Source: Microcoleaceae cyanobacterium (lineage in GTDB: Bacteria > Cyanobacteriota > Cyanobacteriia > Leptolyngbyales > Leptolyngbyaceae). From it: a stretch of 37,883 bases of DNA. Position 1 is the first letter of the stretch; each line of letters begins with the position of its first letter. A program made the translations under genes and the position numbers. The stretch covers positions 1 through 37,883 of the forward strand of contig DATNPU010000138.1 of NCBI GenBank assembly GCA_036703105.1, given 5' to 3'. Shown piece by piece: positions 9,546 through 17,499 of this stretch. The notes beneath the pieces are model-generated. The model ran no database searches. It saw only the letters and a program-made list of their open reading frames with translations, and was not told the origin of the DNA.

Positions 9546-12500
9546 CTACTCCATAATCGCACTCTTATTTAAAGCAATCAGTTTCTTAAAGGCTTCATTA
9601 TCTAACTCCGTTAACCACGACTCATCTGCCCCGACGATCGCTCCAGCCAGTTTTTTCTTATCCTCGATCATTTCGTCAATTCGTTCTTCCAACGTCCCGA
9701 TCGCCACAAACTTGTGCACAAACACATTCTTTTTCTGCCCAATCCGAAATGCGCGATCGGTGGCTTGATCCTCTACGGCTGGATTCCACCAGCGATCGAA
9801 GTGAAACACATGATTCGCTTTGGTCAGCGTAATTCCTACCCCTCCCGCTTTCAGTGACAACACAAACACCGAAGGTTCCGTTTCCGGGTCTTGAAACTCG
9901 CTAATCATCTGCTGCCGCTTGGTGCGAGACGTTCCCCCGTGCAAATAGTAAGTATTTAGATGGCAAGAGTGCCGTAGATAGTGCTCCAACGCTTCACCTA
10001 GCTCATTAAACTGGGTAAAAATCAGCATACTTTCACCTTCATCGATCGCTTCCTGCACCATCTCACTTAACCGGGTTAATTTATGCGATCGCTCTGGTGT
10101 AAAATCACTCCCATCTTGAAGAAATTGCCGAGGATGATTACATACCTGTTTTAGTTTTGTTAGGGTTGCTAGAATTAGCCCTTTACGCTTCATACCTTCT
10201 ACCGTAATCAGTTGTTCCTCAACGTCTTTCACCACTGCTTCGTAGAGAGATGCTTGCTCCTTCGTCAAATTACAAAATAGTTTTTGTTCTACCTTATCTG
10301 GCAAATCCTTAATAATTGCTTGATCCGTTTTAACCCGTCGCAAAATGAATGGTTCTACCAACTTCTTCAGCGTCGTTGCTTGGCGTGGATTATTATGTTT
10401 TTGGATAGGCAATTCAAAATTACGCCGAAATTGGGTTTGATTACCTAAATAGCCGGGATTGAGAAAATTGAAAATTGACCATAAATCTAGTAAGCGATTT
10501 TCTACCGGAGTTCCCGTTAACGCCAAGCGATGAGGAGCCGAAAGTTTCAAAATTGCTTTCGTTAAATCGGCCTTAGGATTTTTAATATTCTGGGCTTCAT
10601 CCAAAACAATACGATGCCACTGCACATCACTGAATAATTTCAGATCCTTTCGGGCCAGAGCAAACGAAGTAATTACAATGTCATGTTCTCGGCAAGCTTG
10701 CTTAAACGTTTTACTATCCTTCGATCGCTGCGTCCCATGATGCACAATCGCCTTTAATCCTGGTGCAAATTTATGAATTTCGTGCTCCCAATTCCCCACC
10801 ACAGACGTTGGCGCAATCAACAACGTTGGAGGTAGCTGTTTAATCTTCTGTTGCTTCGCTAATTCCCGTTCCTGCAACAACCGCGCAATCACCTGAATCG
10901 TTTTTCCCAACCCCATATCGTCTGCTAGGCAACCATTTAAGCCAATCTGCTCTAAATATTGCAGCCAGGACACTCCCCGCTTCTGATACTCCCGCAAATT
11001 CCCCTGAAGCATTTGTGGATTCTCGATCGGCTGAAGTTGACTTTTATCCCCCAACTTTGCCAGCATATCGAACAACACATTCTTGCGATCGACCTGGATT
11101 TCTAACTCATCATCATCTCCTGCTGTTAACTTGAGAAACTCCAATAAACTCAGTTCTGGTTGCTTCTGCTGTTGTGTCTTCCAGAACTCCAGCATTTGCC
11201 GCATCTTGTCCTGATCCAGTTCCAGCCATTGTCCGCGAAACTTAACTAACGGCGTTTTGGCATTAACCAGTTGGTGCCATTCCTGTTCACTGACTGTCTC
11301 ATCCCCGATCGCCAGCTCATACTGATATTCCACCAAACTCTCAAACGAAAAGTATTTCTTCGTCTTATCCTCACCCCCCGACAACGACTTACCCTTTGCT
11401 TTCAGCCGCACCTTCGCCCGTTGCCGTCCCTGCGGCGTCCACCAAGCTGGCACAATCACCTTATAGCCTGCATTCTCCAATACCCAGGCCGACTCCTGCA
11501 AAAACGCAAACGCTGCATCTAAATCCAACTGAATCCCCACAGGTTGATCCGTCTCCAGCCCTAGCCATAACGCTGGATAAATCCGAGCCGCATAGCCCAA
11601 ATTCATCAACAAATGCTGGTCAAAACCTTTCCCTAACTGCTTCTGCACCTGTTGTTGTTGCTTCGGACGCATTCGCCAATAATCTTGTAACGACAATTTC
11701 AACGATGGATCACTTTTAGGAGCCACTTGAAATTGCAATTCCCAAGCATCTGCCGCTTTCGCTGGATCCTGCAATTGAAAATATAGATAAAATGGTAACT
11801 CCGACTGAGTTTTGACAATACGATCGCGCCAGGCTTGCCACTGTTTATATTGCTCCAATCGAGTGGCCGTCTTCCAGGGAACGCCAGGCTGAGTTGGATG
11901 CAGACAGTCATACAGTAGCGAATCCGAGATCGTTTTCTCAAACGCCTGAGTGGTATAGGTATGCGTAACAATCTCTGTAAGCAAACATTCCGAGAAATGC
12001 CGCAATAACGCTTCGCGATCGTAGAACTCTGGTGTCTCCTGTGCTTCTGCAAATCCCGCCACACAAATCAACGGCATGTACTCCACATAGCGCTGAATCA
12101 GGGCTTCATACTCATCTCCAATGAACTCCCAGCCTGGATAAATTTCAAATTCCTCTGACACTACCTCAACCGCGATCGTTTGTGTAGCTGCCGCCCGTTT
12201 TCGCTTGCCCGCCGATTGCCCTTTCGGCGTTGATTGAGCCGTTTTGCGACGAGTTGCTGTGGTCGAAGAGGCTACCTTCGCCGCCGATCGCGTCGTCTTC
12301 CCTGGTTTCGCCCCAGCGGCCTTTGCCGCTTCCAGTTCCCGATATTTCAACGCTGGAATATACTGATCTTTAAACAGCAACCGCTTCAAGGCTTGAGTGT
12401 AGTGAAACCAAAACAACAAATCAGACCCTAACTGCACCTCTGCCAGATTATGTAAGGCAATGAAGTGCAAATCATTTAGTAAACTCACAACATTGTTGGC

Positions 12501-12893
12501 TCTCGCTGTCCCAGAAGCACCCGTCTTCACCGCCGCGATCGTTGGGTAACAATCCACCTGCCAATACTGCCATTCAAACGCTTCCGGCAATTCCGTTTCT
12601 AAGTACCGGGACAATTCCAGCGAGGGTAACGGCTGCTGATCCACCGTCGGCAAGACAAAATATTGCGGCTTAATTAACTCCTCCGGTTTCCGGTGCGGTA
12701 ACAATTGCACCCCTAATTCCTGACTCAGTAACGTCACCAATTCCGCTGCGGCCACCTGTCGCGGGTGTCGTTGGGTTGGCTTACGCGATCGCGTAAGTTC
12801 CGTCGTTTCCACCCACAGATAAAATGTCCCCGGTTGGACAAATTCCGCTTCAGCTTGGGGAATCCAAGTTCCATGAAGAATCCGCATAGGCAA
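9546..12893 (-). CDS. SNF2-family (DEAD/H-like) helicase/ATPase
   Basis: LADDMGLGKT, LDEAQNIKN, LTGTPVENRL, SLKAGGVGITLT and DRWWNPAVEDQATDRAFRIGQ motifs. Confidence 0.96.
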   Translation of the reverse strand: MPMRILHGTWIPQAEAEFVQPGTFYLWVETTELTRSRKPTQRHPRQVAAAELVTLLSQELGVQLLPHRKPEELIKPQYFVLPTVDQQPLPSLELSRYLETELPEAFEWQYWQVDCYPTIAAVKTGASGTARANNVVSLLNDLHFIALHNLAEVQLGSDLLFWFHYTQALKRLLFKDQYIPALKYRELEAAKAAGAKPGKTTRSAAKVASSTTATRRKTAQSTPKGQSAGKRKRAAATQTIAVEVVSEEFEIYPGWEFIGDEYEALIQRYVEYMPLICVAGFAEAQETPEFYDREALLRHFSECLLTEIVTHTYTTQAFEKTISDSLLYDCLHPTQPGVPWKTATRLEQYKQWQAWRDRIVKTQSELPFYLYFQLQDPAKAADAWELQFQVAPKSDPSLKLSLQDYWRMRPKQQQQVQKQLGKGFDQHLLMNLGYAARIYPALWLGLETDQPVGIQLDLDAAFAFLQESAWVLENAGYKVIVPAWWTPQGRQRAKVRLKAKGKSLSGGEDKTKKYFSFESLVEYQYELAIGDETVSEQEWHQLVNAKTPLVKFRGQWLELDQDKMRQMLEFWKTQQQKQPELSLLEFLKLTAGDDDELEIQVDRKNVLFDMLAKLGDKSQLQPIENPQMLQGNLREYQKRGVSWLQYLEQIGLNGCLADDMGLGKTIQVIARLLQERELAKQQKIKQLPPTLLIAPTSVVGNWEHEIHKFAPGLKAIVHHGTQRSKDSKTFKQACREHDIVITSFALARKDLKLFSDVQWHRIVLDEAQNIKNPKADLTKAILKLSAPHRLALTGTPVENRLLDLWSIFNFLNPGYLGNQTQFRRNFELPIQKHNNPRQATTLKKLVEPFILRRVKTDQAIIKDLPDKVEQKLFCNLTKEQASLYEAVVKDVEEQLITVEGMKRKGLILATLTKLKQVCNHPRQFLQDGSDFTPERSHKLTRLSEMVQEAIDEGESMLIFTQFNELGEALEHYLRHSCHLNTYYLHGGTSRTKRQQMISEFQDPETEPSVFVLSLKAGGVGITLTKANHVFHFDRWWNPAVEDQATDRAFRIGQKKNVFVHKFVAIGTLEERIDEMIEDKKKLAGAIVGADESWLTELDNEAFKKLIALNKSAIME

Positions 12894-13045
12894 ACCACTT
12901 CAGCCCGATCGTGTTTGCCTTTCAGCCTACCGAGAAGCACTCGTAAATGCAATACATCCAAACTTTCAGCCAAATTCTTACATCTGAATTGCCAGTTCTA
13001 CGCTTTGTCTACTGGCTTTCTATCGCGTCAAATTACCATCCTTAG

Positions 13046-13111
13046 GCACAAAGCTGAACTCAGCAGCAGCTCCGAAGTGGTCACTGAGGCGAGTTCCGTC
13101 ATCTGTTATGC
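13046..13111 (-). repeat. Degenerate attC-like site (last in the array)
   Basis: On the minus strand: R'' GCATAAC, inner GAACTC/GAGTTC pairing, degenerate R' TTTGTGC; lies just downstream of the 13140 ORF. Confidence 0.5.
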
Positions 13112-13139
13112 GACACTTCCAAAGTTTAATAATCTTTTT

Positions 13140-13424
13140 TTACAATATCCCTGCTTCTAGCTGCTCTAGATATATAAACTCAGGGGCTTTAACTCCTGCC
13201 TTTTTTCTAATTTCAATCAACTCGGGCGATTCAAAGAATATTCTTGCATCTCTTATAGATGTCCATACTGAAAAATGAACAATTTTGTTCGGTTCATTTG
13301 CATATTTCAGAACTTGATAGGAACACTCACCAGCCTCTTTTCTGATAGTTGCAGCATTATCAAATACTTTTTTCCAGGCTTCATAATCTTCTACTTCGTG
13401 AATAATTAGTACATGAAACATCAT
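13140..13424 (-). CDS. Antibiotic biosynthesis monooxygenase (ABM)/cyclase-like dimeric alpha+beta barrel protein; gene cassette
   Basis: HEVEDYEAWKKVFD...RKEAG...RKKAGV pattern; GAGGAG RBS before ATG at 13424. Confidence 0.75.
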   Translation of the reverse strand: MMFHVLIIHEVEDYEAWKKVFDNAATIRKEAGECSYQVLKYANEPNKIVHFSVWTSIRDARIFFESPELIEIRKKAGVKAPEFIYLEQLEAGIL

Positions 13425-13430
13425 TACACT

Positions 13431-13526
13431 CCTCAACGATCGAGCCATTCATTCAGTCGAGAATCTTGATCTTGAATAGCAACATCTCGGTTGGCCAATA
13501 GTTCCAATGCAGTTCGGTTGTTATGT
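13431..13526 (-). repeat. Degenerate attC-like site downstream of the sirtuin gene
   Basis: R'' ACATAAC overlaps the sirtuin TAA stop (13520-13526). R' is ambiguous: GTTGCTA at 13477-13483 or GTTGAGG at 13431-13437. Stem pairing is imperfect. Confidence 0.45.
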
Positions 13527-14252
13527 CGCACCAAATATAGCAGGCACAAGCTCTTCAGCATATCCTAAATACTCCTCCTTGAAGTAAGGATTCTTCGGCT
13601 CCATTGGCTCTAAGTTAATCAGGATAGTTCTAGCTCCAGCATAATCGGCTGAGCGGACAAATGAAGATGCTGGCGAGACAGTTCCAGAGGTACCTATTGC
13701 GACAAAAAGATCGCAATCTCGTAGAGTACGCTTGGCTAACCAAGATTCTTTAGCAGGTAACTGTTCACCAAACAACACGATATCTGGACGCAAGGGAGAA
13801 CCGCAAATCTTGCAAGTAGGTAATACATCATCATGAGGCTCGCTGTCTAAGTAAGGCATTAGGTTGCAAGTAGAATTGCCACATCGAGTCCGATGAACAC
13901 TACCATGTATCTCCAGAACGTTAGAGCTACCTGCACGTTGATGGAGTCCATCAATATTCTGAGTAATCAGTGTGAATTGCTGGTTTGGGGACAATTGAGC
14001 TTCAACTTCTGCCAGCTTGATCTGGGCCGCATTCAGTGGCGCTGTTTCTAGTTGTTTCCTCAAAGCACCATACAGCTGCCAGATTGCCATGGGATTGGTT
14101 TCAAGGAGAGAACAGTCTGAATATGCAAGCGGATCAAGTTCATTCCACAACCCTCCCTGACCACGGAACGGACGAATTCCAGAAGCAGCAGATACTCCAG
14201 CTCCAGTGAGAACAACAATCTTACGATAATGAGAAAAATTTATTGATTGCAT
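13521..14252 (-). CDS. cobB: NAD-dependent protein deacylase (Sir2/CobB-like); gene cassette
   Basis: VLTGAGVSAASGIRPFRG, TQNIDGLHQRAG, HGS, Zn-binding Cys pairs, LRPDIVLFGE, GTSG. Confidence 0.88.
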   Translation of the reverse strand: MQSINFSHYRKIVVLTGAGVSAASGIRPFRGQGGLWNELDPLAYSDCSLLETNPMAIWQLYGALRKQLETAPLNAAQIKLAEVEAQLSPNQQFTLITQNIDGLHQRAGSSNVLEIHGSVHRTRCGNSTCNLMPYLDSEPHDDVLPTCKICGSPLRPDIVLFGEQLPAKESWLAKRTLRDCDLFVAIGTSGTVSPASSFVRSADYAGARTILINLEPMEPKNPYFKEEYLGYAEELVPAIFGAT

Positions 14253-14337
14253 TAAATAGCTCTTGTTATCTATCTAAGCTACAGGCTCGTCAATAATATT
14301 CCTAAATTATGAGCGAAAGTACAAACCTAAACGAAGC

Positions 14338-14421
14338 GGCTAACGTTTGAGCTAACCGGACGGGGATGACTGCGACTCACAGATAATTCACGCTCCGTTC
14401 CGGTTCAGCGCAATGTTATGC
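14338..14421 (-). repeat. attC site (canonical architecture, 84 bp)
   Basis: Minus strand: GCATAAC-attgc-GCTGAACCGGAACGG...CCGTCCGGTTAGC-tcaaac-GTTAGCC. This gives R''/L''/L'/R' boxes, 5- and 6-nt spacers and two unpaired bases in the left arm. Confidence 0.88.
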
Positions 14422-14472
14422 AACCGACGACAGGACCCATCTAAAAAATACGATTACCTAATTTCTTCGGGG

Positions 14473-15297
14473 TTATTTCTGGGCTACTGCGTACAAGACA
14501 TTAACCTCCAGTGAATGAACTTCATTAGTCCGAAGGAAATGTAGATTCGCTTGTCGGACACGTTCCCTTGCTGCCGGATCAAGTTGGTCGATCGTCCCTC
14601 TGAGGCCGCCCCCCAAACTCATTGTCCACCAATCTTCTGGAGCAGCCAGTTCATGAGTGCCGACTTCAGCAACAACCTCTACCTGGGTTGCACCACCTGC
14701 TTCTAGCAGTGATTGTAGTGAGGCGGGATCGCCAATCCGGTCCCACGGTGTAAATTTCCTACAGAGATCCGGGCGTTCAGCCTCAATCGCAGCCCAGAAA
14801 ATTTGATTAGCGGGTTCAAACACCTTCTCTCCCCAGGAGGTAATGGCTAGTTTTCCACCAGGACGAACCATCCGCCACAGCTCTCGAACGGCTGCAAGCA
14901 TATCTGGAACAAAGAAAATTCCGAAAACACAAACAATCGCGTCAAAACTTTCGTCGGGTAAACCGAGATTTTCAAAATCCCCAGATCGAAACTCGATATT
15001 TTCAAGACCTTGCTGCCGCGACTTGTTACGTGCCAGTTCAAGCAAAGATTCGGCAAGATCTATCCCCAGCACCTGCCCAGTGGAACCCACACTTATTGCT
15101 GCTGGAATTGCAGAAGCACCAGTCCCACAACAAACATCTAAAACGCGATCGCCGGAACGAAGCGAGAGCCGATCAATGGTTTGTTGTCCAAAGCGATTCC
15201 AAAACGATAATGCTGGAGCGTCAAAGTAATCAGATGCGGCATTAAAAATTGCTTCTGTCTTCGCGATTGTTTCTTCCCTACTAATCATTGATTGCAT
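14473..15297 (-). CDS. Class I SAM-dependent methyltransferase (UbiE-like); gene cassette
   Basis: VLDVCCGTG motif I; DESFDAIVC; RMVRPGGKLAI. Confidence 0.9.
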   Translation of the reverse strand: MQSMISREETIAKTEAIFNAASDYFDAPALSFWNRFGQQTIDRLSLRSGDRVLDVCCGTGASAIPAAISVGSTGQVLGIDLAESLLELARNKSRQQGLENIEFRSGDFENLGLPDESFDAIVCVFGIFFVPDMLAAVRELWRMVRPGGKLAITSWGEKVFEPANQIFWAAIEAERPDLCRKFTPWDRIGDPASLQSLLEAGGATQVEVVAEVGTHELAAPEDWWTMSLGGGLRGTIDQLDPAARERVRQANLHFLRTNEVHSLEVNVLYAVAQK

Positions 15298-15423
15298 CTG
15301 CTCCTTGTTCTAAATAATCAGTCAGGCTTCGGAAGATAGACAAAATATTAGCAACCTGCATCACTTGTTGCGACTTCAGCGATTGTTCTAACTAAATAGA
15401 TGCCTTTGTCAATCACTTAAGCT

Positions 15424-15509
15424 GCATAACGTCGAAGTTGTACGGCGGCAGTTAACCTCGAACTCCCACCGATAACCTCTGTGCCGTCCGCACCAACGCA
15501 GTGTTAGCT
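15424..15509 (-). repeat. attC site (canonical architecture, 86 bp)
   Basis: Minus strand: AGCTAAC-actgc-GTTGGTGCGGACGGCA...TGCCGCCGTACAAC-ttcgac-GTTATGC, with extra G and A in the left arm. Confidence 0.88.
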
Positions 15510-15529
15510 TGCTGGCAACTACTCAAGGT

Positions 15530-16093
15530 TTACTCCAATAACCAAGCAAACAAATCTTTGATTGTAAGCTGTAGCTCGATGGCGAACGATGGTATAGGAA
15601 TAACTTCATCTGGCTCATCCAACACTTCAGGTTCTTGCTTGGGACGATAGACAAACACGGTTTGTTCATCTGGGTCGATTAACCAACCCATTTGGGTTCC
15701 ATGTCGTAGACAGTGAAGGATGTTCTTAGTTACTTTTGTTTGGCTTTGGTCAGGAGACAGGATTTCAATTGTCCAATCTGGCGCAGCAGGAAACGTGTTG
15801 GCAACCTCCCCATTCTCATCACGGGGAATTCGGCTCCAAAGAAACACTGCAATATCAGGAACAGTTGAACGACCACCAAAGGTACTGCGTAGTTCAGGAA
15901 ATGCACGAGCAATACGCCCGGACTTAACTACTCCATTGATAGCAGGTACGAGTTCCCCCTGGATAGCACTATGTTTCCCTTGAGGCATTGGTTTCTGAAT
16001 AATTTGACCATCAATGTATTCACTCGCAGGTTTCGTTTCTGGTAATTGCAAAAACTCCGCCAAGGTTAGTGTTTTAGATGGTGTTTGTACCAT
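15530..16093 (-). CDS. Uma2 (DUF820) PD-(D/E)XK endonuclease-family protein; gene cassette
   Basis: LTLAEFLQLPETKPASEYIDG, VPDIAV, PDWTIEILSP and GWLIDP are typical of cyanobacterial Uma2. Confidence 0.92.
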   Translation of the reverse strand: MVQTPSKTLTLAEFLQLPETKPASEYIDGQIIQKPMPQGKHSAIQGELVPAINGVVKSGRIARAFPELRSTFGGRSTVPDIAVFLWSRIPRDENGEVANTFPAAPDWTIEILSPDQSQTKVTKNILHCLRHGTQMGWLIDPDEQTVFVYRPKQEPEVLDEPDEVIPIPSFAIELQLTIKDLFAWLLE

Positions 16094-16190
16094 TTGGGTT
16101 TACCCCTATCAGCCAGATCAGAAACTAATCTCTAGTTTACTCGGAAATGCAATGAGGTTCACTGCTCTGCCTCAACCGATAGACTAAGCA

Positions 16191-16279
16191 AGCTAACGTT
16201 GCCCATCACCCGCCGCAGATAACCTTTGAATTCCAATAGATAACTTTTCGGCAGGCGGCGTGTATAGGCGTTGTTAGGC
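16191..16279 (-). repeat. attC site (89 bp)
   Basis: Minus strand GCCTAAC...CGCCGC...GCGGCG...GTTAGCT; central region similar to the attCs at 15424 and 16394. Confidence 0.82.
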
Positions 16280-16281
16280 TA

Positions 16282-16387
16282 CGATCGCACTGGCTTCAAG
16301 CATGAGCATGGTGCGTTCCCAGAAATCTATCAGTGGAGTAGCAAGAGTTGCATTAAGGAACGCACCCTACAAGATGGCGATCGCACT
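16282..16387. repeat. ORF-less cassette containing a REP-like inverted doublet flanked by 10-bp direct repeats
   Basis: GGTGCGTTCC (16310-16319) pairs with GGAACGCACC(CTAC) (16357-16370); CGATCGCACT occurs at 16282-16291 and 16378-16387. Confidence 0.65.
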
Positions 16388-16393
16388 AGAGCA

Positions 16394-16478
16394 GTACAAC
16401 GATGCCCGTAACCCGCCGCAGATAATCTTGAACTCCAACCGATAACCTCTCAACGGTCGGTGTGCATTGGGGTTAGCT
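16394..16478 (-). repeat. attC site (85 bp, partly degenerate)
   Basis: R'' AGCTAAC overlaps the TAA stop of the transglutaminase gene; R' is GTTGTAC; the core ccgccgcagataa...gaactccaaccgataacctct is shared with neighbouring attCs. Confidence 0.78.
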
Positions 16479-17099
16479 GGCTGGCACCTGCTCATCATTA
16501 GTCACAAGACCATGATTCTTTGCAGATTCCAACGAGATGTCCGGCAGATTTCGAAGCATGTCATCCCATGTAGTCTGTGCTTGTAACGCTTCTAGGATAA
16601 TTTGAAGTGGCTCAGGAAGAATTGCATGAAAATCTGCCTCTTCAGGAAATTGAATCTTAAACGCTAACTGTTCCTGAGGGGGAGAAAATTGAGCGTTAAC
16701 TCCTTCTTTGTTGCCTCTTGCATCAACGCGATACCAACCAATTTCAGGTAAATAGATTGTGTTGAAACCATGTAGGCTGTACGGCGCACCTTGATCATCA
16801 ATACTCAATCGCTGATAACAAAATCCTGCGGGAATCTGGTTTGCCCGTAGTAATGCTGCCAGCAAATGGCTCTTAGCATAGCAATAACCCGTTCTATATC
16901 TAAGAACATCAGAAGCGCGACAAGTCACAGGGTTCATCTGGTAATCAAAGCTGTGACGAATTTCATCTCGTACCCACTCGAAGCACCCTTTTGCGATCGC
17001 CGTTGACGTTTCGTGTCCTAAGGCAATTTGCTTGGCAAGTTCGACGATTTCGGGATGTTGCCAATCAATAACTTCACTAGCCCTTAAGTATTCTTCCAT
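16473..17099 (-). CDS. Transglutaminase-like (TGc) cysteine protease-fold protein; gene cassette
   Basis: GYCYAKSHLLAALLRA (Cys), LHGFN (His) and WYRVDARG (Asp) form the triad pattern. Confidence 0.9.
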   Translation of the reverse strand: MEEYLRASEVIDWQHPEIVELAKQIALGHETSTAIAKGCFEWVRDEIRHSFDYQMNPVTCRASDVLRYRTGYCYAKSHLLAALLRANQIPAGFCYQRLSIDDQGAPYSLHGFNTIYLPEIGWYRVDARGNKEGVNAQFSPPQEQLAFKIQFPEEADFHAILPEPLQIILEALQAQTTWDDMLRNLPDISLESAKNHGLVTNDEQVPAS

Positions 17100-17383
17100 G
17101 CCAACTGATACAAATACTGCAAGTCAATTCTAAGCAACTAACCGATAACTTCAAAGTACTGCCATCACCCAGAAACGAAGCCAGTTAACAATGAATAGAC
17201 TGAAAATTTCCGCCTAAGATCCCAATACAGGGTAGATAGGCAGATTATTTCTGCATAATACCCAGCTTTAGCTGAATAGCCAGAACCCTTTTGCATATTT
17301 TCAGATTCCTTAAGGTAGCGTTCGAGGAAAGCTTTCCGTTTCCCTATTTCAAAACAGTGAAGTTGTTTCGCGATCGCAATAAG

Positions 17384-17464
17384 TGCATCCATTTGCTATA
17401 ACGGCTGCTCCATTTGTTACAACCATTGCTCTATCTATAGCTTTGGCTGCTCCATTTGCTATTC
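17384..17464. repeat. Degenerate 21-bp tandem repeat (about 4 units)
   Basis: Minus strand: gaatagcaaatggagcagcca / aagctatagatagagcaatgg / ttgtaacaaatggagcagccg / ttatagcaaatggatgcac. Confidence 0.6.
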
Positions 17465-17499
17465 TCCTAATCGTCTCAACGACACCAACGACTAATTTA

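Noticed and set aside
8708-12893. SNF2 + SWIM pair as a novel defence system
   Set aside because: This is a widespread known gene pair, with no nuclease or methylase partners and no attC boundaries of its own.
13521-14252. Sir2 gene as an anti-phage NADase (ThsA/DSR type)
   Set aside because: It is a stand-alone 243-aa protein with the Zn-binding Cys pairs and RPDIVLFGE motif of CobB-like deacylases, with no defence partner domains.
13046-16478. Repeats interpreted as a CRISPR array
   Set aside because: The units are imperfect hairpins of roughly 50-96 bp, mostly separated by whole genes, not identical short repeats with ~35-bp spacers. No cas genes are present.
17165-17392. 75-aa ORF as a gene or integrase remnant
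   Set aside because: No recognisable motif and no tyrosine recombinase residue pattern; it starts inside a tandem repeat.
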